Source: Malacoraja senta (Eukaryota). Taken from it: 64,000 bases of DNA. Where the stretch lies: positions 17,982,001-18,046,000 of the forward strand of contig CM075988.1 in NCBI GenBank assembly GCA_038087875.1, read 5' to 3'. Each line of letters opens with the position of its first letter. Within the stretch, counting starts at the first letter, position 1. The notes beneath the pieces are model-generated. The model saw only the letters and a list, made by a program, of their open reading frames with translations, ran no database searches and was not told the DNA's origin. A program made the position numbers and the translations under genes. Of this stretch, positions 23,816 through 36,545 are shown piece by piece.

Positions 23816-26220
23816 CATGGGAGGAAATCCTGGGGGGCGACACATCCCCTCCATGTTTTGAGAGGTGGGGGACAATCCCCCCGATGTTTTTTTTTTTTTT
23901 TTATTATTTTTTTTTTAATTTTTATTTATTAGAAGTACATTACATTACAACCACATACATTAATACTCGTCATTTGTATCTTCTTACAATTAATGTACTC
24001 CCTTTATTTATTTTTTTACACTAGAAAAGGAAAAGATTGAAAGAAAGAAGAAAGTGAAGGAAAAAGTGAAAGTGTAGAAAAGTGTAGAAAATGTAACAAC
24101 AAAAAAGGACGAAGACCCTATAAGAGCGAAATTAAAAACAAAAGAAAAAGAGTTAAGAAATAGGCCCTAGGAAAAAAAAGAGAAAGAGAGAGAGGAAAAA
24201 AAACAAAGAAAAAACAAATATTTTTTTGAGCATTACGTAAATAGGACATACCAATTCTTCAACTATCATCCCCCCATACCTGACCTCAATTTTTTATTTT
24301 TTTAAAGTACTTTTGCACCCTATGTTTGTAATAATTCTATAAATGCAGACCACGTCAGGTGGAAATGATCTGGTTTACCTGCTAGGAGGAGTCTTATCTC
24401 TTCTAGGTGTAATGTTTCAAACATATTTGAAATCCACATATTTATAGTTGGTATTGGAGCCTTCTTCCAAAATTTTAGAATTAGCTTTTTTCCAGTTATT
24501 AACCCATAGTCCATTAATTTCTTTTGAAACACATTTAGTTCTGGATCATCTTCCGTTATTCCGAAGATAATCCATTCTGCTTTGGGTATCAGTCTTGTTT
24601 TAAATAACTTTGTAAAGATTTCAAAAATTTCATTCCAAAATTTTTGAATTTTTGTACAGAAGACGAATGAGTGCGCTATATAGCTTCTTGGGATTGACAT
24701 TTATCACAAATAGATGATACGTTTGGGAAAATTTTATGAATTTTAGTTTTCGAATAATATAATCTATGTAAAATTTTAAATTGTATTAAAGTGTGTCTTA
24801 CATTAATCGAGCATTTATGCACGTTTAATAAGTATTCATTCCAACTTTCCTTTGAAATTTTAATAGCTAACTCTTGTTCCCAGTCTCTTCTGATACCCTC
24901 CGTAGGTGGTATTTGTACATTTAAAATAATATTATACAAATATGATATTAAGTTTGCTGATTCCGCTTTTATCTGCATTGCCTCGTCCAATACATCTACT
25001 GGGTTATTATAGTGATCTTTCGTATATTTTTTCAAATAGTCGCATATTTGAAAATATTTAAAATATTGATTATTTCCGAGTTTATATTTTATTTGTAATT
25101 GTTGAAATGAAAGTAATTTTCCAGTTTCATACAAGTCACCAAGCGTTTTAATTCCTAGTCTATCCCATTGTGTATAAGCTTTATCTATAATAGAAGGACT
25201 AAACGAAGGATTATTGACTATAGGTAATAAAAGTGATAAATTTCTTAATTTTAAATTTTGTCTTATTTGTTTCCAAATACGGATTGTACTATGAATAATT
25301 GGGTTCTTATTATAATTTATGTTATTCAGTTTCATTGGAGAGAGGAGGATCGCTCCAATGTTTCTAGAGGAGCAATCCTCTTTCTCCATTACAATCCAGT
25401 CTACTTGCTGGGTGGAGTTATCCATCAGTTGAATCATGTTTTTAATATTTACTGACGAATAATAATACATAAAATTAGGTAGTGCTAAACCCCCCAATAC
25501 TTAAGGTTTATTCAGATGAGTTTTTTGTATTCTATGTGATTTATAGTCCCATATAAAATTGTTTTGTAATCCGGATTTTGAAATTCGGTGAAAAAAAATA
25601 TTAAAAATCTCCGTTTTCCGCGAGACAGTGGGGGGGTGGGACTGATGATCGAGGGCACGGATTGGACAAGAGAGACGTTGGTCAGCAGGCAGTGGGGGGG
25701 GGACATGATGATTCAGCGTGATGATTGGAGGAGGGAGGTGTCGGTCAGAGGCGGAAGTAGGGGGGTGGGACTGAGGATAGAGCGCTGTGATTGGTGGAGG
25801 AAGACGTCCTGGTGGAGCAAAGATCATAGAGCGGAGCTTGAATCAGCCCGTTCGCGGGGACTTTCAGCGCCCGGCGTGGCTTAAAATTGGCCGCTGGATC
25901 TTCCATCATCCCGCGGTCAAATTGCTGTGTCGGCGATCGAGGTTCCTGATGTTGAAGCCCCCACCGGGCGATGGAAGATCCCGCGGCCGGTTTTAAGCCA
26001 CGGCGGGTGATGAAAGGCCCCGCGAACGGGCCGATTGAAGCCCCACGATTCGGGGCGGACGAAGCTGCTGTTGCTGAAGTTGGTCACCAACCAGGTCAGT
26101 TCCCGATGTTACCGTCCACAGGGCCCACGGCCAAAGCCTCCGATGCCTCGCGTGTGTGCGCATGCAGCCACCAAGAAATTGTGTTCCCCTCCCATGTTTT
26201 GACAGCGATTTCCGCCCCTG
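23816..26220. mobile_element. hAT-type non-autonomous element, copy A (contains an L1 insertion)
   Basis: Termini CATGGGAGGAAATC and GATTTCCGCCCCTG; 8-bp TSD GCTGAGTT (23808-23815) / GCTCAGTT (26221-26228). Interrupts a palindromic Penelope-derived repeat. Confidence 0.8.
23891..25559 (-). mobile_element. L1-clade LINE, 5'-truncated (ORF2 C-terminus, 3' UTR, poly-A)
   Basis: GGLALPNFMYYY, IQFKILHRLYYS and CDKC...HSFVFC zinc knuckle split by a frameshift; poly-T at about 23887-23900; TGTTTT on both flanks (23885-23890, 25560-25565). Confidence 0.9.
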
Positions 26221-29200
26221 GCTCAGTTACACCACCACTTTGTGTCCTTTTTTAAAAAGTTATGAACCAAATGTGGTAAATGGGTTTTGTATAGACAGAT
26301 AGAATAGTGGCACAGACTCAATAATTCAAGACCTTTAAGCCTTCTGAAGGTTATTTATTGATGATCTAATGTTTTTTAATGTAGTTCAGAGTTGGATTTA
26401 TTAAAAAGTGAGTGTTAGGTTAAGTCTTCATTTTGCTGTGAATCAGCATTAGCAGCGGTTTCACAACATGTCATATACAGAACTACTGATCATAAATGAA
26501 CCATAATGGCCCAGTGCATTAAAGACGAACTTTAGGTAGCTGTAACTAAATTATGTGTGTTTTGCCATTTAGTTTTAGAATATAATTTGACATGCTTATA
26601 TAACCAATACATTTTACAATCCTTAAGACATGGTCAGTGAAATGAGCAGATGGCATTGTAACCAGCTTTCAGTGTGCTATATGAATCCTCTGTTTTGGAA
26701 CATCAATTGTCTCTAGTTTTTCACGCTTCTCTTTTCCTTCAGTCTCATGGGGCTGTGAATCTGGGAGGTTGCCCAAAGAAAGACATAGCTCAAAAGACAC
26801 AGCTCTTATGTGCTTTTGATTACATAAGAAAATAAACAGCACTTCAAACAAGGGAATGTACAGTATTTCCTACTTCAATTAAAATGTGGAGTTTATCATA
26901 TTCTTTCTTTGCCACTGATTGTCTAAACATGGTGTCCTGTTTCCTGGAATATAAACTTAATGTGGCACATTCCAACTATTGCAAGATCACCAATTTCCAA
27001 CATGACCTGCATTGAATTATCTCAACCATATTGCACAGAATCCGTTATCCCATTGTCTAGTGCTCTTTGATAGTTAAACAACTCAATTTTAGAATTTGTG
27101 TCCATGATTGAAATCCCTCTTCCCACTCTCCGTAATCTTCCCTTGTTCTGCACCTTCATGGATCATTGCCTCCTGCTTAGATCCATATTTAATCATTGTA
27201 GCTGTGCTTCCAGCCTGAAGCACTGGAATTCTCTCTTCTTCCTTTAAGATAGTTCATAAAAAATATGTTTCTGACCATGCATTTGGTCATCTGCCCTTAG
27301 TTCTCCTCATGCGGATCTGCATTAATATTTTTTAAATGCGATTACGCTCCTGTGAAGTGCTTGGGATATTTTGGCTCTGATTGCCAATCACATACATAGT
27401 TCCTGTGGCCTTTTTGACCCATGGCCAGTGTATCTAAATTCACCACGCTCGGAGCTCTCAGCAGATCAGGCAGCATCTGCGGAAGGAGAAACAGAATCCA
27501 CATTTCAGGTAAAGACTTTGCCAGAACTGGGAAGGAGAGAAAGTATCAAGTTGCATGGAGGATGTGAACAGGATACGCGGAGCTTCCCTGAGTCCGGGTT
27601 ACCGTGGGGATAATCTGTAACTAGTCGATAGGTTAACGGGACGAGAAAACAGTGGTATGGTAAAGAAAACTACGGAAAAGGGCAGTGGAGAGTGAGAAGA
27701 TAGATTGAGGAATGCAAGCGTGGTGAAATTCAAGGCCGCTCGACATGTCAAGCAGGTCAGGCTGCATTAAAGGAGAGAGGGATATAATTTGCACGGGTCC
27801 ATAAACCACCTCCCTGGTCCCTAAAGTTTAAACTTCTAAGATAGATATCCAACATTATCATTCACATTATTAACCTACAGGAGATGTTTTGTTGTTATCT
27901 GAATCTTTTGTGACCTCCAGGTAAGATTACTCGTCTGCTTTGTCTTGTATTCCTGTTTCATGACAGTGCTGCACAATAATAACATACGCATATCTGAAAC
28001 GCGAAAAGGAACCTGCAAGTGTCTACATTTATTTGTTAGACTGTGGGGCATTGCTGGTTTCACTGGATGCAAAGCAAGAATGTAGCTGGAATAAAGTGAG
28101 GTTAACTACAGCGTTTCTAAATCATCATGCTTAATTATAGAGATAGCGTGCATCCCAATCCTTAGAGAGGAAACAAATCTTTCCAAGTAGGAAATCAAAG
28201 TAAAGGCATCTGACTCTACATGCACGTTCAAGTCCTCTGATAACTGTTGCTTCTCTCTCCCTGCTCCTACTGCTTCACTGCTCACTGCTCATTTAGCCTC
28301 CCTGCCTAGTATTCCTTTATATTCCCCAATCTTTTCATTTTTGCCCTTTATAAAAAAAAATATTAAATTAAAACCAGTTGTCCAGCCATGCTCCCCTTTC
28401 CCATCTTCCCTTCAGCAAACTCCTGCTGTTTTTGAATGGTGATTATTCGTGGCAGATGTGACAGCTATTTTCTTTCCAAAGGACAGAATTGGGGCCTACA
28501 ACTTGCCTTCAGTACAAAAATAAAAATGTTTGAGATTTATATTATGAAATCACCGTTATGACCTGGGCAAATTGTTCCTTTCAGCAGAACTTTATTGCCA
28601 ACATTATCAAATTCATTGTGTTCAGAAGTGGAATGACGATAAGCTACATATCAAAAATGCCTGTAGACTCTGGTTCCTACAGTTTAAAGCAGGGACATTT
28701 CAAAGATATATATCTGACAGTACAATCCATGTTATTAAAGCAAGGAATTGGTTGAGTTCCATAGATCCAGCAGCTGTGTTCCTAAGGTGCTGAAATCACA
28801 GTGCTATGTCCTCTTCTGTGCCTGTGATTAATGTCTAAACATTTCGTTCAATTCTGATCAACCAGCGTGTTTTTATTTAAGGAATGCTAGCTTTTGTTTT
28901 TCCATGTATTTGGGTTATGAAGCACTGTTTCTGCTGCAGATGGAGCAGTATGTCCACTCCTTGTGGAAGGAGTGAAGGCTTCAAAGAGGGGGCAGGAGGG
29001 ATTTATTAAAATCTCTACAAGGTTTGCAAGGACATCTGATAGAGATATTTAAAATCATGAGGTATAGAACTATGTAGAACTAAAGGAGTGAGGTGATGTT
29101 TACTATCAGAAGGAAACTATCAGATCACTGCACAGTCCTCCCATAAACTAAGGTGTAGTTCCAATCTTCCAGTCTTCCAACCTACCTCATTGTGGACCTT

Positions 29201-29292
29201 GCACTTTGACCCTTTAACTGTAATGCTATAATATTGCAACACTATATTCTGAACTCTGGTATTTTTCTCTTGCACTGCCTGTTGTACACGTG

Positions 29293-30139
29293 CAGGCATG
29301 GAAATTGCTTTCAAAATATGGGGGGGACCGGGGGACAGAATTTCTTGGCGGGCGCGCATGCATGCGCGCACTCACACACACATGCGAGGTTTCGGAGGCT
29401 CAATCCAGCGCTAAATGCAGCTCAAGTCTGCCTGTCTCGCCGGGTTAACCTACAGCCCTGCCTGGACTGACGGGACACCAGCCTGGAGTCATGGAGCTAG
29501 CGCTGCTTCTCCGCGCTGGCTGTAAACCTGGGCCATATTTCCCGTAAGTCCAGGCAGGGCTGTAGGTTAACCTGGCGGGACAGGCAGAATTGAGCAGGGT
29601 TTAGCGCTGCTTCTCTACGCTGGCAGTGGGCCTGGGGGCACAGCACCCGTCTGACTCCTGACGTCTCTCGCCACCCCCGGGGGGGTACTCGGGTGAGGAT
29701 GGGGATGGTCCAGTGGCGGTGAGGCAGCGATTGCAGCGCCGGAGAGCCGGCCGGGATGGATCCTGGTTGCGGATGAGGCGCAGGTCTGTGTCCAGGGCTG
29801 CCAAGAGTGCTTTGGCACGTCTCCCTCCTCCAATCACCGCGCTCTATCCTCAGTCCCACCCCCCCTACTTCCGCCTCTGACCGACACCTCCCTCCTCCAA
29901 TGATCGCGCTGAATTATCATGTCCTGCCCCCATTGCCTGCTGACCGACGGATCTCTCGTCCAATCGGCGCCCTCGATCAGCAGTCCCACCTCCACTGTCT
30001 CGCGGAAAGCGGAGATTTCACCGAGTTTTTAAATCCGGATTACAAAAAATGGGGGGGGGGGGGGAAATCGTCCTCCACCTCTCAAAACAAGGGGGGGGGG
30101 TACGTGTCCCCCCTGGCCCCCCCTGGATTTCCACCCCTG
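29293..30139. mobile_element. hAT-type non-autonomous element, copy B (same family as copy A, inverted)
   Basis: Termini CAGGCATGGAAATT and GATTTCCACCCCTG. 29817-30139 is the reverse complement of copy A 23816-23890 plus 25566-25810, and 29293-29400 of 26135-26220. TSD imperfect (ACACGTG on both sides, offset by 3 nt). Confidence 0.8.
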
Positions 30140-33100
30140 TCAACACGTGTACTGCCTGTTGATTGTACTCATGTGTAGTATGATTGACTGGATAGCACGC
30201 AATGTATTTCACTGTATCTCAATGCACTTGACAATAATAAACCAATACCAAGGATCAAGAACCAGGCAGCCTGAAATGAAAATGGTTGGGAAAGGAACCA
30301 AAAAATGACATGAGGAAAATGTTTTTTTTCACTCAGGGACTGGAATCCACTGTTATGTTTAGTGGCAGGTAGAAACAGACTTAATTGTAGTGTTCTGAAG
30401 AATGCTGCATAGACATCTGAATGGAAAGAATTCTTACTATTCGGGAGACAGGACAGTGGAGTGTGGGACTAGCTGGAGTTCTCTTGCATAAAGCTAACAT
30501 GGACTTAATAGTCCGAACAGCTTCCTCTGTCCATAAACAATTTTGTGCTTCCACATATACTCCAAACCAATTTTCAGTTTACATGTTTGAGCCGAGCACT
30601 ATTTTCACCATATGTCAGCCAGCAGGTGCAAAGTTTCTAATTGACTCTTTTCACCATGTGTGAAGAAGTTGAGTCTCATTGTAGAACCCTAAATGTCAAT
30701 TTGTCCATGGTGTTAACCTTGTGTTGGTGAGGTACAGATTCACAGATACCCCCAGCCTTCTCAATAGCCCTCTTTTGGGTGCCACGTTGTGTTGTGAGGT
30801 TTTGACATTGTATGGGGATACAGCAACTCGTGGAATGCTGCTCTCTCCTGATATCCCTATGTGAGCACCTTCTAACATGGAAGCTATCTGGAGTGAGAGC
30901 ACTGCTAATTGGTATCCTGATCGACAGCCACTAATTCACAACTGACCTAACCTTGGGGCAGTCTGGTCTGTTTGCTTCAATCTTGTTTTGCCCATGTGCT
31001 TCCAACCATTGGAACATCAGGCAGCTTCCTGGGCTTCCTGGGCATAATTACCAAAAGAAGCAGAAATAATTACTCCAGGAACCCCAGGAGACACTTGCCC
31101 TATAAATTCACAGATGTGCTTTGAGAATTTCAGCTTTAAGCATACAAGCAATGTTGAATCACAGGAAATAGATAATCAGAACAATTTATTTTGTGCTGTA
31201 AGCAATCCACATGTGACTAAAAATTTACTGTGGGAACTTTTGGATATAATTATGTGTATTCGGACGACCTCACATTAAATTTACATTTAAAAAGTGAAAA
31301 TGCATTTCATGCTCCACAGAAAAGTCAACGGAAGGGAAAAAAGGTAATATGTGGGATAGAGATTTGGTCTGAAGGAAAGCTTTAAAGGAAGCTGGTTGTG
31401 GGAGTGGAGGGGATGGTGATGTTGCAGAGGCTGTGCAGTTTATGGAGGGAATTCCAAAGAGCTCACAGGTCAGATTGTTGAATCTATTGAAGTAGATATT
31501 TATCCTTGTACATGTGTAAAGCAGTATGTGTCTGAACTTCAGTTCTACTGAAGTCAACATTGGTGCTCCCTAGGATGCATTCTCAGCCCATTATTATATT
31601 CTATATATAATAATATATTATACTATATTATACACTCACGACTGTGTAGCCAAGTACCAAGAGTCAAGTATGTTTTATTATCATCGGACTTTTTCAGACT
31701 ACAATGTTATATATAGATCTGAATGTTATACCTTTATCTGTGCACTGTGCACAGCTTGATTGCATTCTTTTATAGTTTTTTTAATGACTGCATAGCAAGT
31801 AAACAAAAGCTTTTCACTGTACCTCAGTAGATGTGACAATAATAAACTAAACCAAACTAAATTGAACTAGAACTAGATTCCTGAAGCAGCATGCCAGAGA
31901 GAAGTGGAAACGTGCAGATATATTAGTGAATACCGCAAGGACAGCTGTCTGTTAAAAGAATGCGGTTTCAAGGGCAGACTGTCGGGCTGCTGAGACTAAG
32001 GAGGGAAGTAAATTGGAAGAACCATAATATGAACTTGCTAAATCCGGGTGATCCCTGCAGATAGGACATAATGCAGAACAGTACTAATAAGCTCAATCCT
32101 GCATCAGTGAAAACCAATCTCTCGATTTTCACAGAGACCACCAGCTTTCAAAGGAAGCTGGATGTAGCTCAATACACATTAAGACCAGCCAGACGGCCCT
32201 AATAGTGTAATGTGGAATGAATGGTGCTGGTATTATATTTCTCATTGAGGCCCTGATGAGGGGGAGTCTCCATATGGTCATTTGTGTGGGGGAGGGGGTG
32301 GGGATGGAGGAAACGGGCTACTCTGAGCCGTGTAGCGTTGTCGGTTAACCTGGATTTTACTGGAGTGACTCCAGCAATGTTGGCAGCTGTCAGATGCAGG
32401 AACTGCTCTCGAGCTGTACCACTAATTCATGAACAATGCTATGAAAGGCCGTTTCAAAATGCTTCTCACATAAGGCGCACATTTTTATGACAAGGATGTT
32501 TTTTTTTTAACCAAATAATAGCTGGCTTATGGATGATGGGGCATGTGGAAGCTGATGTGACTCAGTAAGCACGGCTGTGTCGTCTAGGATTTCTGGCAGC
32601 AGTTGCACATGAGAAATGTAGATTCACTAATCTGTTATTGTACAGGAAATCAAAGTATACTAACACACGGTGTGCAGGGTGATTTATATTTCTAGTGTGC
32701 AGCCATTGGAAAATATGTAGAATGCTCTGACAATAATTGCCATGGAAGCTCCATCTGCTCTGAGGGGTTCTTCCTCCAAAACGTTATGTCAAATTCATCT
32801 TGTGTTTAAAAAATAATATGGAAATGTTTATATATGTAAAGATTTATAATAAACTAAAATGTCTAACTTTCTGCGCATAACTCAGTATCGAAACAACGGG
32901 GCAATTTGAAGTTACGCCTAATAAGGACGTACACTGCACTCCCAACATGAGCTGAATTTTGATTTCTCATCAGAAAACGATGAAAATTTTATCCAGATCA
33001 ATATTTGAGGTATATTGCTGGGATTCTCTTTTGATTTGGTTATTTTGAAATCAGACTTATTTGTCTCAAATTGAATTCAAAACGATAAACATCATTGTCA

Positions 33101-33639
33101 TGTGAAAAATCGTGAAATATTGCAGGGCGTAGTAAGAATGAAAGAACAGTACAGGAACAGCTCAAAATGTTTGTGCCAATTTTAACTAATCCCATCTGCC
33201 TGCATATGGTCTATATCTCTCTTTCTTGCCTGTTCATGTGCCTGTCTAAATGCCTCTTAAACGTTGCTATCGCATCTGCTGCCACCTCTTGCCTCCCCAC
33301 CACTGCCCCCCGCCCCCTCTTCCCCCTCCACACCATGTTTCGGGCACCTATCACTCCCTGTGTTTTGTTTTAGATGCCTCATATATAGCCCTGTATCCTT
33401 TGAACTTTTCCCCTCGTGCCTTATATCTATACCATCTAGTATTTGCCATCCCACCGTGGCGAAAAGTCTCTCTCCTAACTATGCCTTTTATAATTTTATA
33501 CATTTCTTTCAGCCTCCGATGCACCAGAGCAAACGATCCAAGTTTGTCTCAATTTTTCTTTTAGCTAATACTCTAGTCAGTGTAACATTCTGGCGAATGA
33601 TGTGTGTGTATGCGTCCGTGTCCCTGTATATCCCAGTTC

Positions 33640-36020
33640 AGTAACGAAACTACCTAGAAATCTGAAGATTTGCCTGCAACAGGTTTAGCATAGGTATGGT
33701 TACTGCACCTTCATAGGCACAAGGGAACCTCAATTTATTTTTTTCCCATTGGATATAAAAAAAAATTAGCTCTATATTTGAGGTACTAAACACTTGGTTG
33801 GACCTGATCTACATACTTGTGTTCCTCCTGAATCATAAAGAGATTGAAAATCTCTTGGAGTTTCTGCGGGAAATTATATAAACCAGTTAGACGAATATAT
33901 CCGAGAGAAAGACTTTGGTATGATGCCAATGAAAAGCCGTAGATACTATTACAGAGACTGTTCACAGTGACCAAGGAATCATTTGTTTTGGTGGAATGGG
34001 GAAAACGTTACTCATTATTCTACTTTTGGCTAAAGTTCAAAGACAAAAGGTGATTGTCCTGGGCATGGCATCACCAGGAATAGCTTCAACACTTTTGATG
34101 GAAGTTCTGCACATACTGGTTTTACATTCTCTTCAAATTTGACACTTGTGGAGTCTCCAAAATATTAAATCGGGGAACTGAAAAGGAAAACAAATTCCAA
34201 CAGATTGTAAATTCCAACAGCTGTGTGGTAAACTTGATGAATGTACAATAGCTCACAAAATAGTCTTTGAAACATTTTGTAAGATCTTGATCACAAAAAT
34301 AAATGAATAGGAGGTGTTACTATAGAGCAGCTGCAAATTTCTGCCAAACACTACCAGTAATCCCCTACTATCAATTCCCCCGTCTACGCCGCATCTGCGC
34401 CCAGGATGAGGTTTTCCATACCAGGTCATCGGAGATGTCCTCATTCTTTAGGAAACGGGGATTCCCCTCTTTCATTATAGATGAGGCTCCTCGATATCCC
34501 ACAGCTCCGCTCTTGCTCCCCCTCCAACCATTCGTAACAAGGACAGAGTCCCCATTGTCCTCACCTTCCACCCCATCAGCTGTCGCATACAGCATATAAT
34601 CCTCCAACATTTTCGCCACCTCCAACGGGATCCCACTACTGGCCACATCTTCCCATCTCCACCCCTTTCTGCTTTCCGCAGAGACTGTTCCCTCCATATC
34701 TCCCTGTCAACTCGTCCCTTCCCACCCAAACCACCCCTCCCCAGGTACTTTCCCCTGCAACCGCAGGAGATGCAACACCTGTCACTTTACCTCCCCCCTC
34801 GACTCCATCCCAGGAGCCCGACAGTCTTTCCAGGTGAGGCAGAAGTTCACTTGCACCTCCTCCAACCTCATCTACTGTATCCACTGTTCCAGGTGTCAAC
34901 TTGTGTACATCAATGAGACCAGGCGCAGGCTCGCCGATCGTTTCGCTGAACACCTCCGCTCATTCCGCCTCAGCACTTTAACTCCCCCTCCCATTCCTAA
35001 TCTGACCTTTCTGTCCTGGGCCTCCTCCAATGTCAGAGTGAGGCACAGCGCAAATTGGAGAACAGCACCTCATATTTCACGGGTAGCTTACACCCCAGTG
35101 GTATGAACATTAATTTCTCTAACTTCAAATAGCCCTTGCTTTCCCTCTCTCACTCCCCCTCCCCCTTCCCAGTTCTCCCACCAGTCTTACTGTCTCCGAC
35201 TACATTCAATCTCTGACCTGCCCACTCCCCTGACATCAGTCTGAAGAAGGATCTCGACCCGAAACATCACCCATTCCTTCTCTCCAGAGATGCTGCCTGT
35301 CCCGCTGAGTTACTCCAGCATTTTGTGTCTACCATTAATTCCACATGGTACTACAGCCATTGAATTGAAAGTTTGTAGTAAAGCATCATATATCTTGAAA
35401 ATTGTTAGCCATTTACCCTGAAAACTAACTTGTGAGTTTCTTTGATGGGCGATCCATCTGCGAGAGGGTTTCCTTCAAATTTACCCAATTAATGAAATTA
35501 TATACAAAGCCTCAGAAGCCACAGTTTTGATGAAAAACGGGCCAAATTGTTACCTCACCATGATCTGATGCAATCTGTTTTCCAAAATGTTACTCAACGC
35601 TATAAGAATTACCAAATGATTGCATGAAAGGACAATATTACCACCAAAACGTTACGCAGAGCAGGCCATGAATACATTTTTCTTATGAAGCTTTACAGAT
35701 AACCTGTGCAATATAAATCTATTGATAGTGTGACAGACTAATGAGGCTCTCCATTTCCTGAATTTTTAAACTCTCAATCACCACTTGATGTGCCACCACA
35801 TAATCATGAAAGACAGAGCATCCTAAGATAGATCCACCCATACTATGGAGCGGCACAAGATTATCGACTCTGCAAATTATCAGTTCTAAAAATTACTACT
35901 GTAGACAATTAAGACTACAATAATGACTGAATGCTGAGGGGGCAAAAAAAATGTTCATCTCTAGGAAACCACTTATCTCATCTGATCTATCTTTTCAATT
36001 CAAGTGACTCAGTTCCGTGT
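33640..36020 (+). pseudogene. Helitron RepHel fossil (PIF1-family helicase remnants), interrupted by a Penelope element
   Basis: Hand translation gives, in correct order: GGMGKTLLIILLLAKVQRQKVIVLGMASPGIASTLL (33990), DECTIAHK (34236), NFCQTLPVIP (about 34336), IPHGTTAIELKVC (35338), YKSIDSV, PEFLNSQSPLDVPPHN (35757), PLISSDLSFQFK (35969). The start boundary is uncertain. Confidence 0.85.
34365..35335 (+). mobile_element. Penelope-like element, 5'-truncated (end of RT, GIY-YIG endonuclease, terminal repeat)
   Basis: QFPRLRRICAQDEVF; FTCTSSNLIYCIHCSRCQLVYINETRRRLADRFAEHLRS; ends GCTGAGTTACTCCAGCATTTTGTGTCTACC. Confidence 0.9.
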
Positions 36021-36194
36021 CCAACATGGCACAAGAACAATTACTGGAAGTTGATGGCTTCAATCCTGAAACTCAAAGCCTTACCATCGTCAGCTTGGTG
36101 TTGAAGATAAAAATAGCTTTTGCATTTTTATATCAGTTTCATAAAAGAAATGGTGCCATCGGGCCTGTTAAGTTTCTAAACAGTAGAGCACATG

Positions 36195-36545
36195 GATAAT
36201 GAAAGGCCTAGATAGAGTTGATATTGAAATAATGATTCCAGTCTAAAACCATAGAGCACATAGCTTCAGAATAAAGGGACATATCTTTAGTTTAGGGACA
36301 TTTCTTTAGTCAGAGGGTGGTGAATCTGGAATTCATAGCCACGGATGGCTGTGGATGCCAAGACATTGAGTATTTTTACAGCAGAGGATGATAGGTTCTT
36401 GATTAATAAGGGTCTCAAAGGTTACGAGAAGAAGGCAGGAGAATGGGGTTGAGAGGGTAAAATAGATCAGCCATAATCTAATGGTGGACTAGACTCAATG
36501 GGCTGAATAACCAAATTTTTCTCCTATGTCTTCTGGTCTTGTTAT
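36195..36545 (+). mobile_element. CR1 3' fragment
   Basis: TTCTTTAGTCAGAGGGTGGTGAATCTG (FFSQRVVNL) and tail CCTATGTCTTCTGGTCTT. Confidence 0.75.
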
